Assembly: GCA_045803545.1 (NCBI GenBank)
Contig: JBJMOW010000006.1
Span: 32,001 to 96,000, forward strand
Source of the DNA: Gemmatimonadaceae bacterium
Lineage (GTDB): Bacteria; Gemmatimonadota; Gemmatimonadetes; Gemmatimonadales; Gemmatimonadaceae
Length of the DNA: 64,000 bases
Reading direction: 5' to 3'
In this document: positions 9,025 through 18,566 of the stretch, piece by piece
How positions within the stretch are numbered: the first letter of the stretch is position 1
Layout of the letters: every line of letters starts with the position of its first letter
Program-made: the position numbers and the translations under genes
The notes under the pieces: generated by a model
The model's database searches: none
What the model was told of the DNA's origin: nothing
What the model saw: the letters and a program-made list of their open reading frames with translations, nothing else

Positions 9025-9804
9025 ATGCCGTTCGAATTCCTGAAGCTCGACGTCGCCCATCGCGTCGCCACCCTCACCATCAATCGTGCCGACAAGCTCA
9101 ACGCGCTCAACGACGCGACCATCGCCGAGCTCGGCCACGCTATCGATCAGATCCGTGTTGACGATTCGATCGGCGGCGTGATTCTCACCGGAGCTGGCCG
9201 TGCGTTCGTCGCCGGCGCCGACATCTCTGAGCTCTCTTCGCAATCTCCCGTACTCGGCAAGGCACGTGCGCGCGCGGGGCAGGATGTCTTCCGTCGCTTC
9301 GAGACGTGCCCAAAGCCAGTGATCGCAGCCGTCAACGGTTTCGCGCTCGGCGGCGGGTGCGAGCTGGCGATGGCTTGTCACGTCAGAATCGCCAGCGACG
9401 CTGCGAAGTTCGGTCAGCCGGAGAGCAAACTCGGTATTCTCCCTGGCTACGGAGGCAGCCAGCGTTTGCCACGTCTAGTTGGCAAAGGCCGCGCGCTGCA
9501 GCTGCTGATGACCGGCGAGATGATTGACGCCGCAGAGGCGTATCGGATCGGCCTCGTCAACAAAGTAGTCCCTGCGGCGCAGCTGATGGATGAAGCGCGT
9601 AACATGTTGAAGGCAATCCTCGCCAACGGACCGCTTGCTGTCGCGCTTTGCATCGAGGCGATCGATCGCGGTCTCGAGATGTCGCTCGATGAGGGCTTGA
9701 TCCTTGAAGCGAACCACTTCGGCCTTCTCGCTGCGACGGAAGACATGCGCGAAGGCATGAAGGCGTTCATGGAAAAGCGGGCAGCGAAGTTCAAGGGGAA
9801 GTGA
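9025..9804 (+). CDS. Enoyl-CoA hydratase (crotonase family)
   Basis: LNAL, AFVAGADI, ALGGGCELAMACH, FGQPE, G..PGYGGSQRLPRLVG. Confidence 0.95.
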   Translation: MPFEFLKLDVAHRVATLTINRADKLNALNDATIAELGHAIDQIRVDDSIGGVILTGAGRAFVAGADISELSSQSPVLGKARARAGQDVFRRFETCPKPVIAAVNGFALGGGCELAMACHVRIASDAAKFGQPESKLGILPGYGGSQRLPRLVGKGRALQLLMTGEMIDAAEAYRIGLVNKVVPAAQLMDEARNMLKAILANGPLAVALCIEAIDRGLEMSLDEGLILEANHFGLLAATEDMREGMKAFMEKRAAKFKGK

Positions 9805-10976
9805 GCACAGCAATCGAAGCAGACACTGCGCAGGGCGACACCGCGACCAGCGAAGAACGGATCAGACTCAACCACGTTTCGATTCGCGACTTTCGTAATC
9901 TGGAGCGAGTCGAGCTCGATTTGCCGGCCGAGGGAGCCGTGATCGTCGGCGACAACGGTCACGGCAAGACCAACTTCCTCGAGGCAGTTTACTATCTCCA
10001 GATCCTTCGCTCGTTCCGGGATGCGCGCGATCAGGATCTCACCCGTTTTGATACCGCTGGTTTCCACGTCGCCGCGCACGCCCTTACCCCTTCTGCTCAC
10101 GACATAGCAATCGGGTTTGACCGCACCACAAAGCGGAAAAAAGTCTCCCTCGATGGCGGCGAATCGAGACGGCTGAGCGATGCACTGGGCGCACTTCCTT
10201 CAGTACTCTTTTCACCCCGCGACGTCGAGCTGGTGAGCGGTTCGCCGGCTGAGCGCAGGCGGTATCTCGATCTCGTTCTCGCGCTGACCGATCGGCGATA
10301 TCTGCACGCGCTCCAGCACTATCGCGCGAATCTCGCCCGGCGCAATGCTGCGCTGCGCATCGCCGGGAAGCGCGCGTCGACCTACGAAGAAGTCGCGATA
10401 TGGGAGCCTGCGCTCGCAGAGCATGGATCGATTTTGATCGAGACACGCGCACGCTGGGTGGATGAGCACACCGCGGAGTTCACTCGCCTCGCCGAGCGAA
10501 TCGGCGAGCAAGGCCGCGCCGAGATGCACTACTCTTCGCCATTCGCCGACGCCGAAGCGAGGCGCGATGTGCTGCTCGCCGCGTTCGATGAAAAACGCGC
10601 GCTCGATATGCGGCGAGGCCTCACTCACGTCGGCCCACACCGCGACGATCTGGAGATCACGCTCGATCGCCGCGATCTGAGAATGTTCGGCTCCGCCGGT
10701 CAACAACGCTCCGCTGCGATTGCACTACGGATGCTGGAGGCCGCGACGCTACGCGGGAAAGCCGGCGCGGAGCCGCTGCTCTTGCTGGACGATCCCTTTG
10801 CGGAGCTCGACATCCATCGCGCTGGCAAAATCCTCGTCATGCTCGAAGAGCGCGGACTCGGTCAAACGATTCTGGTTGTGCCCCGGGAAGCCGACATTCC
10901 CGCCGGCTTGATGCGCCTCGACCGACTGACCATTCAGAATGGGGCGATTAAGCCGTTGTTGCCGCCGAGAACTTGA
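9801..10976 (+). CDS. recF: DNA replication and repair protein RecF
   Basis: FRNL, GDNGHGKTNFLEA, GSPAERRRYLD, GPHRDDL, GSAGQQR, LLLDD. Confidence 0.95.
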   Translation: MSTAIEADTAQGDTATSEERIRLNHVSIRDFRNLERVELDLPAEGAVIVGDNGHGKTNFLEAVYYLQILRSFRDARDQDLTRFDTAGFHVAAHALTPSAHDIAIGFDRTTKRKKVSLDGGESRRLSDALGALPSVLFSPRDVELVSGSPAERRRYLDLVLALTDRRYLHALQHYRANLARRNAALRIAGKRASTYEEVAIWEPALAEHGSILIETRARWVDEHTAEFTRLAERIGEQGRAEMHYSSPFADAEARRDVLLAAFDEKRALDMRRGLTHVGPHRDDLEITLDRRDLRMFGSAGQQRSAAIALRMLEAATLRGKAGAEPLLLLDDPFAELDIHRAGKILVMLEERGLGQTILVVPREADIPAGLMRLDRLTIQNGAIKPLLPPRT

Positions 10977-11116
10977 GGACTGAGGCCTCGTGACCAACTG
11001 CATCGATCATCGAGGACGAATCGAGGAGCGATGACAATTCCGAACTGCCCGCAGTTGTCAGCAATTCTCACTTAGTCCTCGATGATCGATGCACTTAGTC
11101 ATCAGCCCTCAGTCCT
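10976..11116. repeat. ~140 bp imperfect palindromic element, copy 2
   Basis: AGGACTGAGG...CCTCAGTCCT ends; inner TGCATCGATCATCGAGGAC...GTCCTCGATGATCGATGCA inverted repeat; similar to 4737-4876. Confidence 0.85.
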
Positions 11117-11201
11117 AACGCTCCCCCAACCCGCCCGCCAAATTTTCATACCCGTCTTTGCCACTACTATTAAGTAGTCTCTCACCGATCGGAGGCCGAG
11201 C

Positions 11202-11732
11202 ATGTCCGCAGAGCGCAAGAACGAACACGGCTACAAGGCGCGATTGATCTGGGATGGAAATCTTGGCGATGGTACTTCGACCTACGGCGGGTATGGTCGA
11301 AAATATCGGGTGCAGATCGACGGCAAGCCCGAGCTCAAAGGCAGCGCTGACCCAATGTTCCGCGGCGATCGAGATGCGTATAACCCCGAAGATCTCTTCG
11401 TTGCTTCGCTTTCTGCCTGTCACCTGCTCTCTTATCTCGCGCTTTGCGCGCGCAGCAAGATCAACGTTGTCGCTTATGAGGACGACGCGAGTGGTGTTCT
11501 GAAGCTGCGCCCGGACGGCGGCGGCAGCTTCGAGAGCGTGATCCTGCGCCCGGTGGTGACGATCACGCCCGAGAGCGACGAACGTCGCGCGATGGAGCTG
11601 CACGAGACGGCGCACGACCTCTGTTTCATCGCGGCGTCGGTGTCGATCCCGGTGCAGCACGAGCCGCAGATCAGGATCGCTGATTCGTCCATGACGACCC
11701 AGAAGTCAGCGGAGCCCGAAGCAAGAGCCTGA
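11202..11732 (+). CDS. OsmC/Ohr family protein
   Basis: GSADPMFRGD, NPEDLFVASLSACH, AHDLCFIA.SV; GGAGG RBS. Confidence 0.9.
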   Translation: MSAERKNEHGYKARLIWDGNLGDGTSTYGGYGRKYRVQIDGKPELKGSADPMFRGDRDAYNPEDLFVASLSACHLLSYLALCARSKINVVAYEDDASGVLKLRPDGGGSFESVILRPVVTITPESDERRAMELHETAHDLCFIAASVSIPVQHEPQIRIADSSMTTQKSAEPEARA

Positions 11733-11763
11733 TTCAAGCTACGACTGCCGCAGGAAGAGCGCG

Positions 11764-12747
11764 GTGACTGCCCTCGCCGGGATCTTCGCGATCCCCCTCG
11801 CGTACCTCGCGGTCCTCATCGTGCTCGCCGTCAAACGCGACCCGCGAGGCATCGTGGTGAGCCTCGTTCTCTTCCTTGCTGCCCTTGCCAGCGGGTGGTG
11901 GTCGATCACGCAGTCCCGCGCGTCCACGGCCGGAATCGGGTTTCTATTCTTGCCGATGGCAGCTGCGCTCTCTGGTTTCCTCGCTCTCGGCTTCGGTCGC
12001 TGGCGAGTTTCGGCCGAGCCTCCGCTGAAAGTGGTGGCGTGGGCGGCGCTCACCTTCGCGCTGGTCATTGTCGCCCTGAACATTCGCGAGGGTGCGCGAA
12101 CGATTGCGAAGAACAAAACGCGCGACGCTTACCAGGAGAATTTCTCCGCACAGATTGCGCGCGATCGAGATTCGATTGCCACCGCGCTGACGGCAAATCC
12201 CGGCCGCGCAAGACTGTGGCTGGACAGCGCCATTCGGGCGCACATGAATGACCAGCCCTTTCTGCTGGCCGCTCTGCCCAACGATTCGATCTCGCCGGAC
12301 CTTCTTGATTCGCTCGCCCGTCCGAATGATTTGAACGTAACCTTGGAGGCGCTGCGACATCCGAACACGCGGGCCGAAACACTGGCGCGGATTTATCACA
12401 CTGCGTCCTATCCGGATTACTTCTTTCAGGCGCTGGCGGCGCATCGGAACACGCCGCCGGAGATTTTGCGTGAGCTCTACACCCGGCCGCGAACGATCAC
12501 CGGGCTTGAGATTTGGTTCGCCGGTAATCCATCGACACCGAAAGACATTCTCGTCGACATCGCGGGCAAGACGACAGACCCAAATGTCGTGAACGCTCTA
12601 CTGGCGAACGCCGCAGTCGATTGCCCGACGATGACGGCGCTCGCCAGAAATCTTATGAGAAAACAGAATCGCAGTGCGGATAACCCGAGCGTCGCCACGC
12701 TAACGGAGCGGCTGCCAACGGTGTGCGCCAACGCACCGGCTGGATAA
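11764..12747 (+). CDS. Membrane protein with C-terminal LRV/HEAT-like repeats
   Basis: Four N-terminal hydrophobic helices; repeats ALRHPNT, LAAHRNTP, AGNPSTP. Confidence 0.65.
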   Translation: MTALAGIFAIPLAYLAVLIVLAVKRDPRGIVVSLVLFLAALASGWWSITQSRASTAGIGFLFLPMAAALSGFLALGFGRWRVSAEPPLKVVAWAALTFALVIVALNIREGARTIAKNKTRDAYQENFSAQIARDRDSIATALTANPGRARLWLDSAIRAHMNDQPFLLAALPNDSISPDLLDSLARPNDLNVTLEALRHPNTRAETLARIYHTASYPDYFFQALAAHRNTPPEILRELYTRPRTITGLEIWFAGNPSTPKDILVDIAGKTTDPNVVNALLANAAVDCPTMTALARNLMRKQNRSADNPSVATLTERLPTVCANAPAG

Positions 12748-12750
12748 GCC

Positions 12751-14421
12751 TCAGCCGACTCCGGTTTTGAGCGCTCGCACGGCAACATACTCTGCCTGAT
12801 CCAGGAAGCGCCCAAGCACCGTCAGGCCATCTTCGACCGGGAGTGGATCGCCGAACTCGGACGCGGTTCGGACCACCCGACCGATCTCCTCACGCACAAT
12901 CATGAATTCCCGTCGGAGCGCTGCCTCGGTCCATCCCAGTCGCTGCCGCTGCGCTCCGTGCCGCTCCGAGATCAATCGCTGAATCTCGACCGCGTCAGCC
13001 ATCGTTCCGGAGGGCGAGCCCTGGGCTTCCTCCATAATGACGAGCGCACCGGCAACATCTGCCAGCAGGGATCCGAGATGATCCGCGAGCTGGGAGAATT
13101 TGAGACCGGCGCTCATCGTGACGCTTTCATCCCATCGCAAGCGGTTGACGATCGTTTCGATCAGCGAATCCATCTGCGCGATCAGCACTCGGCCGATGGT
13201 TCCCAGGCCTTCAACTTGTGGCTCCGCCGTGACCGTTTCACTGGCGATCGGTACTGTGCTCTCGACCTCCTTGGCGGTGGGATCCGCTGGTAGCCAGAGT
13301 GTGAACGTCGACCCCTCGCCCAGCTTGCTCTTAACCGTCAGATCCCCGCCCATCAATCGCGCGAGCCGACGACTGATCGTGAGCCCAAGTCCGGTTCCCT
13401 CACGCGAGCGCGCGTGGCCAGTCTCCGCCTGGACAAAAGGATCGAAGATCGAATGCAGTTTCTCTTCGGGGATTCCGCTGCCCGTATCGGTGACGCGGAA
13501 ACTCACATATGTGCGACGAACCTGAAGCTTGGTGTCGGAGTCCGGCGCATGTGAGCTCCGGATCTGCACCCTGATTTTGCCGCCTGGCGCGGTGAACTTC
13601 ACCGCGTTCGACAGCAGATTCACGAGAATCTGGCGAGCGCGCTCGTCATCGCCGCGATAAATCGGCGCGGGCTCCGGCGGTGGAACGACTTCGAGCTGGA
13701 GACTGCGCGCTGCCGCCTGCGGCTGAATGAGCGCCATCGCTGCCGCGAGGGTGCCCACCGCGGAGGCAGGACCTGAGCTGACCTGCAGTCGCCCCGCTTC
13801 GACTTTCGCGAGGTCGAGGATGTCGTTCACGAGTGAGAGCAGATGTGTCGCGCTGACGCGGATCCGGCCGATCTGGTCCCGCATCTTGTCCGTGATCGGG
13901 CCCGCGATCCCCATCTCCAGAAGCTCCGAGTAACCCAGGACCGCATTGAGCGGAGTTCTGAGCTCGTGGGACATTATCGCGAGGAACTCGGACTTCGCCT
14001 TACTAGCTGCCTCCGCTTCGAGTCGCGCTTCGCGCTCGTACGCCAGCTGTTGAGCGCGCTCCTGTGCGTGCTTGCGATCGGTGATGTCGCGCAGCGCAAT
14101 GAGCTGCATTCCCGGCTCGTTGTCCCATTCGGTCTCAACGACACGCAGCTCGGCGTAAACGACACCACCACCACCCCGCTGAACAATGTCGATCTCTGTG
14201 GTCTCTCCGACGACGACTGGAAATCCAAATTCGCTTCCGATGAGGTCTTCGGAGTGTCGATCGAACAGGCGTGCCGCCGCCGGATTGGCAAACCGAATCA
14301 TGCCAATGCGGTCGACGACTACGATCCCGTCTGGCAGGCGCTCGATGATCGCCCGGAGGCTGGATGCTTGGCTGGTTCGCGGCTCGGTCTCGGTTGTCAT
14401 GTTGTCGTCGGACCCCGTCAT
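12751..14421 (-). CDS. PAS-domain sensor histidine kinase with C-terminal RsbRD-N/globin-like helical domain
   Basis: PAS (DGIVVVD...FANPAA...RDIT), H-box MSHELRTPL, NAVKFT, DTGSGI, GTGLGL; C-terminal HGAQRQRLGW segment. Confidence 0.9.
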   Translation of the reverse strand: MTGSDDNMTTETEPRTSQASSLRAIIERLPDGIVVVDRIGMIRFANPAAARLFDRHSEDLIGSEFGFPVVVGETTEIDIVQRGGGGVVYAELRVVETEWDNEPGMQLIALRDITDRKHAQERAQQLAYEREARLEAEAASKAKSEFLAIMSHELRTPLNAVLGYSELLEMGIAGPITDKMRDQIGRIRVSATHLLSLVNDILDLAKVEAGRLQVSSGPASAVGTLAAAMALIQPQAAARSLQLEVVPPPEPAPIYRGDDERARQILVNLLSNAVKFTAPGGKIRVQIRSSHAPDSDTKLQVRRTYVSFRVTDTGSGIPEEKLHSIFDPFVQAETGHARSREGTGLGLTISRRLARLMGGDLTVKSKLGEGSTFTLWLPADPTAKEVESTVPIASETVTAEPQVEGLGTIGRVLIAQMDSLIETIVNRLRWDESVTMSAGLKFSQLADHLGSLLADVAGALVIMEEAQGSPSGTMADAVEIQRLISERHGAQRQRLGWTEAALRREFMIVREEIGRVVRTASEFGDPLPVEDGLTVLGRFLDQAEYVAVRALKTGVG

Positions 14422-14569
14422 TCGGCCAGTAACTCCGTTATAGTTCAGCTGGGGCGGGCGCCTTTTCTGGGATAATCCTTGCTCTACTATTGCAACCGCC
14501 GGGCCCGGCTTGTCCTGGTTAATCCTGGCCTGTTGTATTCATCCACGCCTGCTCAAGGCGGAGGGACTA

Positions 14570-14878
14570 CTGTCGAAATACTTGCTGACGCTCTACGTCA
14601 CAGGCACCAGTCCGCGCACCCAGACAGCGATAGAAAACCTCAATCGTATCTGCAGGGAGGAGCTCGACGGTCGGTATGAGCTGCAGATCGTGGACGTATT
14701 GGAACATCCGCAGCGCGCCGAAGACGAGCGCATTCTGGCGACGCCGACCTTGATCAAGGAGCTGCCACCGCCGCTGCGACGCGTGATCGGCGACTTGTCC
14801 GATAAAGAGAAGGTCCTGCTCGGGCTGGAGGTCCGTCCGCCCGGCAATCAACCCCCCGCGAGTCCAGAGGCGTCATGA
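14570..14878 (+). CDS. kaiB: Circadian clock protein KaiB homolog
   Basis: YLLTLYVTG...LQIVDVLEHPQRAEDERILATPTLIKELPPPLRRVIGDLSDKEKVLLGL. Start uncertain (CTG 14570 after GGAGGG, or TTG 14510/14582). Confidence 0.93.
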   Translation: MSKYLLTLYVTGTSPRTQTAIENLNRICREELDGRYELQIVDVLEHPQRAEDERILATPTLIKELPPPLRRVIGDLSDKEKVLLGLEVRPPGNQPPASPEAS

Positions 14879-16443
14879 CACCCAGTAATCGGTCAGCCAC
14901 CAGCGATCACCGCGCGGTGGAAAAGCTGGCCACCGGCATCTCCAGCCTGGACATCATCGCCAAGGGCGGATTGCCGAAGAATCGGACGACGCTGATCTCG
15001 GGAACCGCCGGTAGCGGCAAGACAGTGTTCGCGACGCAATTCCTTGCCGCTGGAATCGCCAAGGGCGAGAACGGCGTGTTCGTTACGTTCGAGGAATCGG
15101 CAGCGGACATTCGCGCCAACATGCGGAGCTTCGGCTGGGACCTCGCCCAGTGGGAAAACGAAGGCCGCCTGGCATTCGTCGATGCATCGCCCGATCCCCA
15201 TATCGAGACCGTAGAGGCAGGTGCCTTCGACCTCGGTGCGCTGCTCGCGCGCGTCGACAACGCGGTAAAGAAGGTCAAAGCTTCACGAGTCTCCGTGGAT
15301 TCGCTCGGCGCAGTGTTCTCGCAGTTCTCCGATCAGACGATGGTGCGCGGCGAGCTATTCCGAATCGCGAGCGCCCTCAAGTCTATGGGCGTCACCGCAG
15401 TACTCACTGCCGAACGCACCGAGGATCACGGTCCGGTAGCGAGGTTTGGCGTCGAAGAATTCATCGCCGACAACGTGCTCATTTTGCGCAATGTGCTCGA
15501 GGATGAGACCCGCCGTCGCACGATCGAGATTCTCAAGTTCCGTGGCTGCGATCATCAGAAAGGCGAATATCCCTTCACGATCGTTCCCAACGGCGGCGTG
15601 ATCGTCATTCCTCTTTCGGCAATGCAATTGAGCATGAAATCGTCGAACGTGCGCATCTCGTCAGGGAATAAGGAGCTCGACGAGATGTGCGGCGGCGGGT
15701 TTTTCCGCGATTCCGTTACCCTCGTTTCGGGTGCAACCGGAACCGGGAAGACGCTGACAGTGACGCAATTCCTGCAGGGCGGCGCCGCCGCGGGCGAGCG
15801 ATGTCTGCTGCTCGCGTTCGAAGAAAGTCGTGATCAGCTGGTACGAAACGCGACGGGGTGGGGCTTCGACTTCGAGAAGATGGAGCGCGATGGACTGTTG
15901 CGCGTAGTCTGCGATTACCCGGACCTGTCGGGTCTCGAGGACTGGCTCATCACCATTCAGCAACTAATCACTGATTTCAAGCCCCAGCGGGTTGCACTCG
16001 ACAGCCTGTCCGCGCTGGAAAATGCCGGCACCCTCAAAGCGTTTCGCGAATTCGTGATCGGACTGACATCGTTCCTCAAGCATCAGGAAATCACGGGGAT
16101 GTTCACCGCCACCACCGGCTCGCTGATGGGTGGAGACTCGATCACCGAATCAAACATCTCGACCCTGACCGACTCTATCGTCCTTCTCCGTTACGTGGAG
16201 ATGTTCGGCGAGATGAAACGCGGCTTGACAGTGCTCAAGATGCGCGGCTCCGGGCACGACAAGGCAATCCGCGAATTCACGATCGGCAAAGGCGGCATGC
16301 AGATGGGCCGTGCCTTCCGCAATGTCACCGGAATCCTTGGCGGCGCGCCGATGCACGTGAATCCTGGCGACGTCGAGCGGGTGTGGTCACAGTACGACAA
16401 GGCGGTCGATCGTCGCCGTCCGGAGAACATTCCCGGCTCCTGA
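14875..16443 (+). CDS. kaiC: Circadian clock protein KaiC homolog (double RecA-like domain)
   Basis: Two Walker A motifs (GTAGSGKT, GATGTGKT), two FEES, ASPDP B-loop, SITESNISTLTD phosphosite region, KMRGS.HDK.IREF. Confidence 0.95.
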   Translation: MTPSNRSATSDHRAVEKLATGISSLDIIAKGGLPKNRTTLISGTAGSGKTVFATQFLAAGIAKGENGVFVTFEESAADIRANMRSFGWDLAQWENEGRLAFVDASPDPHIETVEAGAFDLGALLARVDNAVKKVKASRVSVDSLGAVFSQFSDQTMVRGELFRIASALKSMGVTAVLTAERTEDHGPVARFGVEEFIADNVLILRNVLEDETRRRTIEILKFRGCDHQKGEYPFTIVPNGGVIVIPLSAMQLSMKSSNVRISSGNKELDEMCGGGFFRDSVTLVSGATGTGKTLTVTQFLQGGAAAGERCLLLAFEESRDQLVRNATGWGFDFEKMERDGLLRVVCDYPDLSGLEDWLITIQQLITDFKPQRVALDSLSALENAGTLKAFREFVIGLTSFLKHQEITGMFTATTGSLMGGDSITESNISTLTDSIVLLRYVEMFGEMKRGLTVLKMRGSGHDKAIREFTIGKGGMQMGRAFRNVTGILGGAPMHVNPGDVERVWSQYDKAVDRRRPENIPGS

Positions 16444-17237
16444 TGGTCCTGGATCTGTTCAAGTCCCGCCGCCGCGCGAGGCTGCGCGAGAAACGCGCGC
16501 CCAAAGCATGGCGCATGGTGCTCGAGCGCAATCTGCCGGTCTTCAATCGACTGACGGCGGAAGACCAGGATGAGCTCCTTGCACACGTGCAAGTCTTCGT
16601 CTCCGAAAAGCATTTCGAAGGCGCCGGCGGACTGACGCTGACTGACGAGATCAAAGTCACCATCGCCGCACAGGCGTGCCTGCTGCTTCTGCATCGCGGT
16701 ACCGATTACTACCCGGAGCTGACGTCGATCATCGTCTACCCGACCAGCTACATCTCCGATGAGCAGCGTTACCTCGGCGGCGGCCTATGGGAAGAAGGTG
16801 GCGAACATCGATTGGGTCACACCGGCGAGCGACTCGGCGCGATCGTGTTGTCTTGGGACGACGTGCGACATGGCGCCAGCGAGCCGCACGACGGGAAGAA
16901 TCTCGTGCTGCATGAGTTCGCGCACCAATTGGATTTCGAGAATCGAAACGCTGACGGCACTCCGGTACTGCAGACGAGCGGGGATTATCGTGCGTGGGCG
17001 CGGGTGATGTCGCACGAGTTCGAGGCGCTGCGCGATGCGCTCGAAGCCGGCGACGACACTTTTCTCGACGATTACGGCGCGACCAATCCCGCCGAGTTCT
17101 TTGCGGTGATTACCGAAGCATTTTTTGAAAGACCGCGCGCGTTACGGAGAAATCACCCGGCCCTGTTCATGCAGCTGCAGCGGTTTTATCAGCAGGATCC
17201 GACATCCTACTCTCTCGAGCCGGTCGGGGCTTATTAA
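16443..17237 (+). CDS. MtfA/peptidase M90 family zinc metallopeptidase
   Basis: IAAQACLL, IIVYP, NLVLHEFAHQLD, YGATNPAEFFAV.TE.FFE; ATG overlaps the kaiC stop (TGATG). Confidence 0.92.
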   Translation: MVLDLFKSRRRARLREKRAPKAWRMVLERNLPVFNRLTAEDQDELLAHVQVFVSEKHFEGAGGLTLTDEIKVTIAAQACLLLLHRGTDYYPELTSIIVYPTSYISDEQRYLGGGLWEEGGEHRLGHTGERLGAIVLSWDDVRHGASEPHDGKNLVLHEFAHQLDFENRNADGTPVLQTSGDYRAWARVMSHEFEALRDALEAGDDTFLDDYGATNPAEFFAVITEAFFERPRALRRNHPALFMQLQRFYQQDPTSYSLEPVGAY

Positions 17238-17305
17238 CTACAAACTGCTCGCTGGCGCCTGGCGCCTTTCAGCCGGCTGCTAGCCGCTCACTACAACTCC
17301 TCCAA

Positions 17306-17959
17306 ATGAAAAGACTTTCTGCGCTACTCGTGTGTCTTCTCGCGGCGTGCGTTGTTAAGAAAGAGAATCCGGTGGATACGCTTGCGGCGTCTTCAACAAC
17401 CAGCACCACTAGCGTCCAGTCAAACGCGAGTGTTCCCGAAACATCGTCGGTTGGGTTGCCTTCCATCGGCGCCTCTGTCGCCGCGCCAACACCGAAACCT
17501 GAAACACCAGCGAGCACGAGCTGGACAGTGACAGCGGGCGGAATCGGTCCGCTACGCGCGGGGATGACCGTGGCAGAGGCGAACAAGGCAGTCGGCGGCG
17601 GGTTCGCTGCTCCGGCAGGCGCGGATCCGGCATGCAGTTATGCAAAGCTAACCAAAGCACCCGACGGACTCGCGGTGATGCTGGAAAACAACAAGATCGC
17701 GCGCGTGGAAGTCAGAAATGGAACGATCGCGACTGCTGAGGGCGCGCGCATCGGCGACACCGAGTCGCGTATCAACTCGCTGTACGGTGGCAGAGTAACG
17801 ACGTCGCCGCACAAGTACGCGACGGGTGGACACTATTTGACGGTCACCCCCGTCAACGACACCACCCATCGAATCGTCTTCGAGACCGATGGGAAAGCGG
17901 TGACAAGCTATCGTGCCGGAGTGCTCCCCGCGGTCGAGTTCGTCGAGCGCTGCGGATAA
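17306..17959 (+). CDS. Hypothetical lipoprotein
   Basis: Lipobox LAAC; GIGPLRAGMT and T.EG.RIGD motifs. Confidence 0.75.
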   Translation: MKRLSALLVCLLAACVVKKENPVDTLAASSTTSTTSVQSNASVPETSSVGLPSIGASVAAPTPKPETPASTSWTVTAGGIGPLRAGMTVAEANKAVGGGFAAPAGADPACSYAKLTKAPDGLAVMLENNKIARVEVRNGTIATAEGARIGDTESRINSLYGGRVTTSPHKYATGGHYLTVTPVNDTTHRIVFETDGKAVTSYRAGVLPAVEFVERCG

Positions 17960-17962
17960 CCA

Positions 17963-18517
17963 ATGATCAAGAGCATCGTCTGGCGGCGAATCGACAAGCC
18001 GGGCCACGAGTACTGCCTGGTGACGGAATCTGAAACCGGCAACAGGATGAGCGGCGTCTCGATCGTCTCCAATGACGGCGTTCCGCACTGTATCGAGTAT
18101 GAAGTGCAGTGCGACACGTTCTGGAATACTCTGCGATGCCGGATCTCCGAGCACGGCGACACTGGTCGAATCGATTTCGACGTCAGGCGCGAGACGCACG
18201 GCTGGACCCTCAACGGCGTCGAGGTCACCTCAGTCATGAACTGCGGCGACATCGACCTCGGCTTCAGCCCGGCGACCAACTTGTTGCCGATCCGCCGATT
18301 GAAGCTCGAGATCGGTGGAAGCGCCGTCGTGCGCTCAGCGTGGGTGCGCTTCCCCGATTTCACTCTCGAACCCTTAGAGCAGACTTACACCAGAGTCGAC
18401 GCCGAGACTTATCGCTACGAGAGCGACAACGGCCGGTTTAAGCGCGATCTCAAGGTGAACGACGCCGGATTTGTTCTCGACTACCCGGATATGTGGGTAG
18501 CCGAGTCAGTGGCGTAG
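17963..18517 (+). CDS. Putative glycolipid-binding domain protein (DUF1089-like)
   Basis: DIDLGFSPATNLLPIRRL, LEQTYTR, GFVLDYP. Confidence 0.85.
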   Translation: MIKSIVWRRIDKPGHEYCLVTESETGNRMSGVSIVSNDGVPHCIEYEVQCDTFWNTLRCRISEHGDTGRIDFDVRRETHGWTLNGVEVTSVMNCGDIDLGFSPATNLLPIRRLKLEIGGSAVVRSAWVRFPDFTLEPLEQTYTRVDAETYRYESDNGRFKRDLKVNDAGFVLDYPDMWVAESVA

Positions 18518-18559
18518 CGGGAGGCGGGAGGCGGGAAGCGGGAAGCGGGAAGCGGCGGG
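18518..18559. repeat. Heptamer tandem repeat (GCGGGAG/GCGGGAA)n
   Basis: Read directly between two convergent stop codons. Confidence 0.9.
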
Positions 18560-18566
18560 CCAGTGA

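Noticed and set aside
8809..9381. ORF with GSGKREA repeats (also 59218-59442 and 19933-20439)
   Set aside because: Translation artefact of the heptamer DNA arrays, overlapping real genes on the other strand.
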